DNA from: an uncultured Chloroflexia bacterium
GTDB taxonomy: Bacteria; Chloroflexota; Limnocylindria; Limnocylindrales; CSP1-4
Assembly (NCBI GenBank): GCA_963746075.1
Contig: CAVUZY010000007.1
Location: forward strand, 143,338 to 207,337
Reading direction: 5' to 3'
DNA length: 64,000 bases
The position numbers and the translations under genes were made by a program. Position 1 is the stretch's first letter, and every line of letters starts with the position of its first letter. Below, in pieces: positions 27,184 to 34,659 of the stretch. A model generated the notes under the pieces. The model searched no databases. It was not told the DNA's origin and saw only the letters and a list, made by a program, of their open reading frames with translations.

Positions 27184-28826
27184 TCAGCTGCCGGCGATCT
27201 CGCGGGCGGCCTGCTCGAACTCGCGCTCGATCTCGGTGAGCTCGGCCGCCGCGCCCTGCACGCTTCGGGCCCTGGAAGCGCGCCTTCGCATACCCGAAGT
27301 AGTACACGAGGAGGAGCACGACCCCCGCAAGCATGAACGGCCAGCAGATGTTGCCCGACGTCGGGAAGCTGAACAGGATCATCAGGACGATGACCCAGAA
27401 GACCGAGATCCACGCCACCGGCTTGGACCAGCGTCCGAGGCTCCACACGCGGTGCTCGAGCCACTCCTTGGTCGTCGCGCCGAGATAGATGCAGACGCCA
27501 TAGGCGGCGTACAGGAAGATCGTGCTGATCGCGGTGATGATCACGATCGCCGTGCCGGTGCCGACCACGAAGGCAGCGACGGTGAACAGCCAGCTGACGA
27601 CCACGATCGCCGTGAGGGCGTTGGCCGGCGTGCGATAGCGACGCGAGACCCGCTTGAGCCAGCCCGCGCCGGGCAGCCCGTCGTCGCGGCTGAAGGCGAA
27701 CAGCATGCGTCCGGCCGCGGCCACCGACGAGAGGCCACAGAACGCCATCGCGATCGCGATCCCGGCCGACAGGACATCACCCAGGCCGCCGAGGTTGTAC
27801 CTCGAGGATCTCGATGACGGCGACGCCGCCGCCGAAGTAGTACTGGCTGTAGGCGGCCGAATCGTCGAGGCTCGCCGGGAACAGCGCCGCCAGGCTCGGC
27901 AGGTGCGTCGTGAGCGCGAGCAGGAAGACGAACCCGACGACCGCCGAGACGGCGACCGAGAGGAAGATCCCCCATGCGCTCGAGACGCGGGCGCCGACGG
28001 TCTCCTCGGCGACGTGGGCAGACGCGTCGTAGCCGGTGTACGTCCAGTTCGCCTGGAGCAGCGAGAAGAACAACGCGGCGATGACGGGATACGAGATCGC
28101 TGGCCCGTATTTCAGATGGGCGAAGCCAAGGTTGTTGTCCCAGCTCCCGGCCGTGTCGAGCGGCTGGATCGCGCCGAGTGTCAGCCCCGACTGGTCCGGC
28201 TTGCCGGTGACGAAGATCAGGATCACCACGGCTGCGACGATGACGATGTGCCACCAGACGCTGACCTGGTTGAGGAGCGCGACGAGGTTGATGCCGCCGA
28301 TGTTCATGGCGAGCTGGATGAGCATCAGGACGCCCATCGTCACCAGCTGGCCGTTGATGAACCCGATCACGACGGTGTTGAACGTCCCGCCGGTGATCCG
28401 ATCGATGATCGTGGCGTTGATGAAGCCTGCCGCGGCGTAGTTGATGCCGGCGACGATCGCGAACTGGCCGATCAGGTTGAGCCAGGCGGTCCACCAGCCC
28501 CAGTTCTTGTTCTTCATCTTCGACGCCCAGTAGTAGAGACCGCCGGCCGTGGGGTAGGCGGACGCGATCTCGCCCATCGAGGCGGCGATCGCGAGCACGA
28601 AGACGGTGACCAGGGGCCATCCGATCAGGACGGCGGCAGTGCCGGCCCAGGCCAGGCCGTAGTCGTAGAGGATCACCGCGCCGGTCAGGATCGAGATGAT
28701 CGAGAAGCTGATCGCGAAGTTACTGAACCCGCCCATCGAGCGGTACAGCTCCTGCGCGTAGCCGAGACCATGCAGGTCCTTGACGTCCTGCTGGATCCGT
28801 TCCTCGCGAGTTGGCTTCTGGGTCAT
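27184..28826 (-). pseudogene. APC-superfamily amino acid/amine permease; two frameshifts as assembled
   Basis: ATG 28826 after GGGAGGA. MTQKPTREERIQ..GGLYYWASK.. (ORF 27777..29063), then a shift near 27803 to NLGGLGDVLSAGIAIAMAFCGLSSVAAAGRMLFAFSRDDGLPG (ORF 27104..27748), then a shift near 27270 to ..ELTEIEREFEQAAREIAGS-stop (TGA 27186-27184). Confidence 0.8.
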
Positions 28827-29077
28827 CGAATCCTCCCTCGGTCGATGGACCCGGCCGGAAAGGACGGCCGGGCGCCGGGCCCCTCCAGGACCGGCTTGAC
28901 GGCGATCCGGCCGATGCGGGCGCGGACGCCGCTGCGCGGGGATGGGAGTCGGCGGCGCTGCCGCCGGTCGTCGGTCGCGCGTCCTCCTTTCGATCCCCCA
29001 CGTCGACAGTGGCAAGCATCCCGGGATCGATCGGGACGATACGCGGCTCGGCGGGATGTGCAAGGACCCGTTCCGGG

Positions 29078-29872
29078 TCAGTAGAGCATCGTCGTCCCGG
29101 TGGGGAAGCTGAAGTCGAAGGTGTTGGGCAGGAGCGGGGCGTCCGGCTCGTATTCGGTCACCATCGCGTCGCGGGTGGTGACGCCGCCGATCGACTCCTC
29201 GAGACGGAGGATCACGCCGTCGGCCCGGTCGACCGCCAGGCGGATCCGGAAGTCCGGCCGATCACCGGCGAGGTCGATCACGCGCGGGTGATCGCACACG
29301 ACCACGATCGCCTCGCGGCCGGCGACCTCGGCGAGGCCGTCCACCCGGCAGTTGCCGGTCGCGAGGACGTTCTGGCAGTAGCCGGCGGGATGGACGAACG
29401 CTTCGGGCAGCGTCTCCATCGGCAGCGACGTCAATGGCGCGTAGACCCGGCTGGTGCCGGGCAGGTCGCGCGACGCGGGACCGCTGACCCCGACGACGGC
29501 GCGCCGGACGGGCCGCTCGGTACCCAGCTTGTGGGCCGAGCTGTAGGTCCGGACGACCTCGCCATCCGAGATCCAGAGCTCGTAGTTGCCCGTCATCCCG
29601 AGTGCCGGCTGGATCGTCGTGACCCGGGCATCGTTCGGGTGGCGGAGGCTGACCTCGACGACGCTGAGCTGCTCGCCGTTGACGCCGAAGCTGCGCTCCT
29701 CGATCCGCATCCACAGCGTGTCGAATCGGAGCTCGGCGTCGCGCATGAAGGTGAAGAGCTCCGCCAGCGTCGGGAGCTCGTCGGCGGGCAGCGCGACCAG
29801 CTCGGGCCGGGAACGGCGACCCACGACCATCGGGAGGTCCGCGGCGCGATCCCAGAGCCTGGTCGAGGTCAT
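29078..29872 (-). CDS. Hypothetical cytoplasmic protein (264 aa), no family recognised
   Basis: Uninterrupted ORF with high GC3 and balanced composition. No signal peptide or TM segment. Lies 70 bp downstream of the MBL gene on the same strand. Confidence 0.6.
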   Translation of the reverse strand: MTSTRLWDRAADLPMVVGRRSRPELVALPADELPTLAELFTFMRDAELRFDTLWMRIEERSFGVNGEQLSVVEVSLRHPNDARVTTIQPALGMTGNYELWISDGEVVRTYSSAHKLGTERPVRRAVVGVSGPASRDLPGTSRVYAPLTSLPMETLPEAFVHPAGYCQNVLATGNCRVDGLAEVAGREAIVVVCDHPRVIDLAGDRPDFRIRLAVDRADGVILRLEESIGGVTTRDAMVTEYEPDAPLLPNTFDFSFPTGTTMLY

Positions 29873-29942
29873 GGCCGCGATTGTAGCCGTCTGGCGCGGG
29901 AGCCCGAGGGGTGAGGAACCCTCCGGACGGGCGGTGACCCGG

Positions 29943-31091
29943 TCAGGCTCCGAGCCAGCGCCGCCCCTTGGCGAGGTCGATCTTCTTGCCCGGCGTGTCG
30001 CCGAAGCGCCAGACCGAGCGCCGGCCGCCGCGGAGGATCACGCCGATCGACCCGAGCGCAACCGGAGCCGGGCCGTCGTGGACGTCGGCCGTGTACAGGA
30101 TCGACAGGGCGGCGTCCGTCGTCCGCGCCTGGCCCGAGGTCGTCGACTCGAGCGCCTCGCGGATCAACGCCTGGGCGACGTCGTGCGGGAAGCCGTACTT
30201 GCCGCCCTCCGGAACGCTGGAGATCAGGGTCAGTCCGGGCTTCATCCGCTCGACGAGCTCCAGGTTCACGCCGTGCTTGGAGCCGTGGTGCGACACCTTC
30301 AGCACGTCCGTGCGGAGCACGTCCTGCCCGGAACCGACATCGAGCAGCTTGGCCTGCTCGGTCGTGGACGCGGCGAGGTAGGGGAACTCGGTCAGGACGA
30401 ACGACCACGACAGGGTCTGGGCGTCGGCACCGAGCACGATCCGGCTCGAGTCCGGCCGGATCATCCGCTGGCCGTGCTCGTCGCGGATCACGCGGATGGC
30501 GGGCGCCTCGATCCGGAGCGAGATCGACGAGTCGTTCAGCTCGGTTCCGTACGTGTCGAACCGGTTGCGGAGCTGGACGGACGGCGACAGCACCGTGATG
30601 GCCGCGCTCCCGATCCAGCGCCTGAAGCCGCTCGTCGGCTGGGCGTAGACGACGTGAGCCTGCCGCGCGATCTCGGCCATCGTGTCGTGATAGGCGTCGA
30701 TCGTGTGCCAGTAGCCCGGATCCCAGAACTCCGCGATCCGGCGATCCGTCGCGTAGCGCCCGAGCAGCTCGGGCATGCCCCGGAGGTGGTCGTCGTGGGG
30801 ATGCGTCGCCACGACGAGGGGGATCGATCCGACCGCCTCGGCATCACCGGCCGGAGCGACCAGTCCGGCGGCGACCAGGCTGTCGACGAGTGCCGGCAAC
30901 TTGGCCGTCGCGCCGGCATCCACGACGACGAGCTGTCGGAACCTCCGCGGCGGGGCCGGCGGCAGGAGGACGACCTGGGCATCGGCATCGCCGACGTTGC
31001 ACAGGACGTAGACCAGGTCGGCGCCCTGTGTGGCCGCCACGAAGTCGTCGTTGACGAATCGGGCGTTGGCGAGTGCGGTCGGTCGGGTCAC
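29943..31091 (-). CDS. Stand-alone ComEC/Rec2-type MBL-fold metallo-hydrolase
   Basis: 382-aa ORF. VVATHPHDDHLRG (HxHxDH) and LKVSHHGSKHG, the motif pair I associate with the C-terminal beta-lactamase-like domain of ComEC. No TM competence domain. Confidence 0.75.
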   Translation of the reverse strand: MTRPTALANARFVNDDFVAATQGADLVYVLCNVGDADAQVVLLPPAPPRRFRQLVVVDAGATAKLPALVDSLVAAGLVAPAGDAEAVGSIPLVVATHPHDDHLRGMPELLGRYATDRRIAEFWDPGYWHTIDAYHDTMAEIARQAHVVYAQPTSGFRRWIGSAAITVLSPSVQLRNRFDTYGTELNDSSISLRIEAPAIRVIRDEHGQRMIRPDSSRIVLGADAQTLSWSFVLTEFPYLAASTTEQAKLLDVGSGQDVLRTDVLKVSHHGSKHGVNLELVERMKPGLTLISSVPEGGKYGFPHDVAQALIREALESTTSGQARTTDAALSILYTADVHDGPAPVALGSIGVILRGGRRSVWRFGDTPGKKIDLAKGRRWLGA

Positions 31092-31094
31092 GGG

Positions 31095-31745
31095 TCAGAC
31101 CGCCGGGTAGGCAACCGGGCCGCCGGGCGCCGGCTCCTCGTCGCCGGGCGCGGCCGCCGGGGCGCCCGCTGCCGCCTGTGTCACCTGGATCGGGTCCATG
31201 CCCAGGCTGACGGCTTCGGCGACCGTGGGCGCCGGGGCGACCGCGGAGTAGAGCGCGGCCTTCGCCGCCAGGCGCCCGGCACGGGTCATGTCGACGATCC
31301 GGCCCCAGTCGTCGAGCGCTGCCTCGGCGTAGTCGGTCACCAGCAGGACGTCGGACACGCGGACGGGCCGGATCAGCTGGCCCAGCGTCACGCGTTCGGC
31401 ATCGGTCCGTTCCTGGAGACGTACGGTGTCGACCACGATGACCTGGCGAGCGGATCGCGGCCCGAACTGGAGCCGCCCGGTCGCGGGCTCGACCGTCGGC
31501 CAGGTCGCCACCGCCAGGGTCGTGACGCCGCCGTCGATCCGATCGACCGCGACATAGCGCGCCGTCGCGAGGACCTCGTCGGTCAAGGTCGGGTCGCCGC
31601 CGTCCGGGGCGAGCGGCGTTTCCGGAGGCCGCCACGGCGCACGGCCCTCGATCGACGGGGTGCCGCCGTCGTCGTCGACCTCGGCCGCGGGCTCCGGCTC
31701 GCGCTGCTGGTAGATCACCACCGGACCGTACCGGGCCGGCGTCAT
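31095..31745 (-). CDS. Hypothetical protein with a DUF3006-like central segment
   Basis: 216-aa ORF ending 3 nt before the MBL ATG. The central YVAVDRIDGGVTTLAV...VRVSDVLLV resembles (from memory) the xVDRIEGxxAVLE pattern of DUF3006. Acidic/Pro-rich tails. Confidence 0.5.
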   Translation of the reverse strand: MTPARYGPVVIYQQREPEPAAEVDDDGGTPSIEGRAPWRPPETPLAPDGGDPTLTDEVLATARYVAVDRIDGGVTTLAVATWPTVEPATGRLQFGPRSARQVIVVDTVRLQERTDAERVTLGQLIRPVRVSDVLLVTDYAEAALDDWGRIVDMTRAGRLAAKAALYSAVAPAPTVAEAVSLGMDPIQVTQAAAGAPAAAPGDEEPAPGGPVAYPAV

Positions 31746-31770
31746 CGCCGCGTTGGGTCGCGCCGGGATC

Positions 31771-31799
31771 TTGACAAGCTCCCGGCAGGAGCGTATATA
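31771..31799 (+). promoter_or_regulatory. Near-consensus sigma-A-type promoter for the sodC operon
   Basis: TTGACA (31771-31776)-N17-TATATA (31794-31799), 60 bp upstream of the sodC ATG. Confidence 0.55.
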
Positions 31800-31831
31800 T
31801 CGTGACGCGATATATCGACATGTGGTATATC
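31795..31831. promoter_or_regulatory. Operator-like repeat set overlapping the -10/TSS of the sodC promoter
   Basis: ATATATCG-tgacg-CGATATAT perfect 8-bp inverted repeat (31795-31815). Perfect 10-bp palindrome CGATATATCG (31808-31817). TATATC hexamers at 31796, 31811 and 31826 (exact 15-bp phasing). Confidence 0.5.
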
Positions 31832-31858
31832 ATCATGCGAGTAGAGGGAAGTGGAGCC

Positions 31859-32422
31859 ATGAACGTCACCCGTCGACTCATCGTCGCGATCGGCGTCCTC
31901 GGAGCCGCCCTGGCTCTGACCGGCGCATTCGCGGCCCAGTCCCTGGCTCGCGGCGGAGCGCAGGCGAGCGCGAGCTTCATCGATGCCACAGGCGCGACGA
32001 TCGGCTGGGCCAAGCTCGTCGAGGACGGCACCGGCGCTGTCCACGTCAACGTCCACGTCAAGGGCCTGACGCCCGGCCTGCACGGGATCCACATCCACGG
32101 GGTCGGGGCATGCGGCCCGACATTCGCGGCTGCGGGCGCCCATTACAACCCGCTGGTCCGCCAGCACGGGCTCCTGAACGCCGCGGGCGCGCACGCCGGG
32201 GACCTGCCGAACCTGATCGTCAACGGTGCCGGCATTGCCCATCTCAATGCGACGACCGACCGGGTGACGCTCACGGGCGGGCCGGCGACGCTGTTCGACA
32301 CGACCGCCGGCGCCGTCGGCAGCTCGTTCATCATCCACGCCAACGAAGACGACCAGCTGACCGATGCCACCAATGGCAACAGCGGCGGCCGGATCGCCTG
32401 CGGCGTGATCGTGGCCGGCTGA
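31859..32422 (+). CDS. sodC: Cu,Zn superoxide dismutase, exported
   Basis: ATG 31859 after GAGGGAAG. Signal/anchor MNVTRRLIVAIGVLGAALALTG. HGIHIHGVGAC, GAHYNP, HAGDLPN and GNSGGRIACGVI are canonical SodC metal-site motifs. Confidence 0.9.
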   Translation: MNVTRRLIVAIGVLGAALALTGAFAAQSLARGGAQASASFIDATGATIGWAKLVEDGTGAVHVNVHVKGLTPGLHGIHIHGVGACGPTFAAAGAHYNPLVRQHGLLNAAGAHAGDLPNLIVNGAGIAHLNATTDRVTLTGGPATLFDTTAGAVGSSFIIHANEDDQLTDATNGNSGGRIACGVIVAG

Positions 32423-32423
32423 C

Positions 32424-32702
32424 GTGCTCGACGAAGCGGGCCTCGGACGGTTCGCGCAGACGGCGAGGCTCGTCCTCGTCGCGCTCCGCGACGGCCCGCG
32501 TCAGCACGTCCACCTGTTCGACGCGGTGCGGGCGCTCGACGGCCCCGTCGGGCCGGGCACCCTGTATGCGGCGGTTGCCCGTCTCGATCGGCTCGGTCTC
32601 ATCGAGCCGACCACGAACGGCGGCGGCCGCCGGGCGTATCGTCTGATCGGTCCGCCGCGGGCCGCTGATCCCGTCGGGGCAACGGAGGGGACCGAGGCAT
32701 GA
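32424..32702 (+). CDS. PadR-like transcriptional regulator (divergent copy)
   Basis: 92-aa ORF starting 1 nt after the sodC stop. LVLVALRDGPRQHVHLFDAVRAL..GPGTLYAAVARLDRLGLIE follows the PadR winged-helix pattern. Confidence 0.7.
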   Translation: MLDEAGLGRFAQTARLVLVALRDGPRQHVHLFDAVRALDGPVGPGTLYAAVARLDRLGLIEPTTNGGGRRAYRLIGPPRAADPVGATEGTEA

Positions 32703-33460
32703 GCAGGCTGATCCAGCTCTATCCACGAGCCTGGCGCGATCGCTACGAGGGCGAGTTTCTCGACCTGCTTCGCGAGCGCCCACCGACGGCTCGGGATCGG
32801 TTCGACATCGTCCGGGGCGCGCTCGATGCGCAGCTCCATCCGCACGCCCTCGCCGGTGGTCCCGAGCCTGCGCCGTGGACCCACCGGCTGCCGGGCCTGC
32901 TCGCCCTGTCGGCCGGCCTCGCCCTCACGGCGGCGCTCCTGGGCATCGCCTTCGGTCCCGGGCCCGATTGGGGAGCCGCCGAGAGCTTCTTCGGCGCCGC
33001 CATCGCGCTCATGCTCATCAGCCTGCCGGGCGACTACCTTGCAACCTTCGGACGGCGGATCGGGCTCGGGTTGTGCTTCGTCGTCGTCAGCCTGATGGCC
33101 GCCCCGATGACGGACTGGTGGGCGCCGGTCGTGGGCCTGGCGATCATCGCCGAGCTCGTCATCGTCTGCGGGCTGCTGGTCATGGCCTCCGTCCGGGCCG
33201 GGATCGGGGCGCGTCGCCGCTGGCTCGTGCTCGCGATCGGCGTCCTCGTGCCACTGCTCGCCATCGGGGCGCATGCCGCGCTCCGGGCGCTCACGGGCAT
33301 CGTGCTGGTCGCTGATGGCTCCTCGCTTGGGGCCCTCGCGCTTCTCCCGTACGGGCTGGCCTGGCTCATCGTCGGGCTCTGGATGGCGATCCGCGGCTCC
33401 GCGACGATCGTCGACCCACCGACGGATCGCATCCCCGCGAGCGAGGTTCATCCCGCATGA
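32699..33460 (+). CDS. PadR-associated polytopic membrane protein
   Basis: 253-aa ORF overlapping the padR stop (ATGA). N-terminal LYPRAWRDRYEGEFLDLL cytoplasmic motif followed by ~6 TM helices. Confidence 0.65.
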   Translation: MSRLIQLYPRAWRDRYEGEFLDLLRERPPTARDRFDIVRGALDAQLHPHALAGGPEPAPWTHRLPGLLALSAGLALTAALLGIAFGPGPDWGAAESFFGAAIALMLISLPGDYLATFGRRIGLGLCFVVVSLMAAPMTDWWAPVVGLAIIAELVIVCGLLVMASVRAGIGARRRWLVLAIGVLVPLLAIGAHAALRALTGIVLVADGSSLGALALLPYGLAWLIVGLWMAIRGSATIVDPPTDRIPASEVHPA

Positions 33461-33780
33461 CCAAGGAACTCGGCGAGCTCGGCCGCTTCGCAGAGCCATC
33501 CCTGTACATCCTCGTCTCGCTGTCGGGCGGCCCGAAGCACGGCTACGCGATCATGACCGACGTCGAGGCGGTGTCCGGCACGCCGATGGGCCCCGGGACG
33601 CTCTACGGCGCTCTCGCGCGTCTCGAGCGGCGCGGCCTGATCGAGGCGCTCGAGCCGGTCGACCGGCGCCGGCCGTACCGCCTGACCGGCCTCGGGGCGA
33701 CGACCCTCCAGGCCCAGCTCGACAGCCTCCAGGGGTTCGTCCGGACCGGTCTCGCCCGCCTGACCGACGGTCCGTCATGA
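33457..33780 (+). CDS. PadR family transcriptional regulator
   Basis: 107-aa ORF, ATGA overlap with the upstream gene. LYILVSLSGGPKHGYAIMTDVEAVSG..GPGTLYGALARLERRGLIE is the canonical PadR core. Confidence 0.85.
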   Translation: MTKELGELGRFAEPSLYILVSLSGGPKHGYAIMTDVEAVSGTPMGPGTLYGALARLERRGLIEALEPVDRRRPYRLTGLGATTLQAQLDSLQGFVRTGLARLTDGPS

Positions 33781-33799
33781 GCCCGGCGTCGGCTCCGCC

Positions 33800-34315
33800 A
33801 TGAGCGCGCGGGCGCCGTGTGGCCGACCGCGGCCCGATCCGCGTCGCGGGTCCGGGATCATTGCCCAGGCGGTCCCGCCCGACTGGCCGGGCTATCTGCT
33901 CGAGGTGGTGCCGGTCGCCATCATCGCCACGGCCCTGGCCTGCATCGCCACGATCGGCTGCTGGGCGCGACGATCCGATGGCAGCGGACGAGCCGGTACG
34001 GTCGCGATCGTCCTCGCCGTGCTCGGGCACCTCGCCTGGATGACGGCCCTCATCGGCGTCCTGCTCGGCGGCGCCCCTGGGTCCGCGACGGTTGCCGCCC
34101 AGACCCTCGGTGCGCTCGGGGCGTTGCTCGTCGGGCTGCTCCTCGTCGGCCGGGGCGACGACCGGGTCGGCTGGGTGCTCGTCGTCGCACCGGCGATCCT
34201 GTTGTTCGGGTGGCCGTTCGCGTGGCTCGGCTTCGGGTTTGGCTGGACGCTCGTCGGCGTTCTCCTGCTGGCCGACCCAGAGCCCGACGGGTCCGTGCCG
34301 ACCCGGTTCGCCTGA
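33800..34315 (+). CDS. Hypothetical polytopic membrane protein (second PadR-associated partner)
   Basis: 171-aa ORF with 4-5 hydrophobic helices (VVPVAIIATALACIATIGCW, VAIVLAVLGHLAWMTALIGVLL, LGALGALLVGLLLV, LLFGWPFAWLGFGFGWTLVGVLLL). Confidence 0.55.
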   Translation: MSARAPCGRPRPDPRRGSGIIAQAVPPDWPGYLLEVVPVAIIATALACIATIGCWARRSDGSGRAGTVAIVLAVLGHLAWMTALIGVLLGGAPGSATVAAQTLGALGALLVGLLLVGRGDDRVGWVLVVAPAILLFGWPFAWLGFGFGWTLVGVLLLADPEPDGSVPTRFA

Positions 34316-34354
34316 GAGGCGCCACGCGCAGGCGTTCGCGCCGATCCGTCTGCC

Positions 34355-34509
34355 CTGCCATTGCAAGTAGCCGCATGCTTTATTCGGACTAGCCGCATGC
34401 TCGCGGGTCTTCGTTGGGTGATCGGCGGGGCACCCGAACGACGTGCCCGGGCGATCGTCCGACCCATTCGGCAACGCCGCATCAACAATGCGGCTACGCG
34501 CAATGGCAG
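34355..34509. repeat. 22-bp inverted repeats bracketing a hairpin-rich 111-bp core in an ORF-less convergent spacer
   Basis: CTGCCATTGCAAGTAGCCGCAT (34355-34376) versus the complement of ATGCGGCTACGCGCAATGGCAG (34488-34509): 20/22 match. Direct 12-mer TAGCCGCATGCT at 34368 and 34390. Hairpins GGGCAC-n9-GTGCCC (34428-34448) and GCCGCAT-caaca-ATGCGGC (34476-34494). Confidence 0.6.
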
Positions 34510-34560
34510 TGGGGTCGATCTTCGCCGGGCGGGGTCCAGCCTCGCGGCGCTTCGAGCCGT

Positions 34561-34620
34561 CGGCGCCCCGCGCCGCCCCGCGCCGCCCCGCCCCGCGCCG
34601 CCCCGCGCCGCGCCGCGCGT
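34561..34620. repeat. Imperfect 10-bp GC-only tandem repeat (CGCCGCCCCG, about 4.5 copies)
   Basis: cggcgccccg cgccgccccg cgccgccccg ccccg cgccgccccg cgccgcgccgcgcg, 40 bp 3' of the fumarase-family gene stop. Confidence 0.7.
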
Positions 34621-34659
34621 CGCCGCGCGACCGCGCGGGCGCGCTCGCGACGTGAGGCC

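Noticed and set aside
34561-34620. Possible CRISPR array or VNTR at the GC-only 10-bp repeat.
   Set aside because: The units are contiguous with no spacers, only 10 bp long and degenerate. No cas genes are nearby. It is kept only as a simple tandem repeat.
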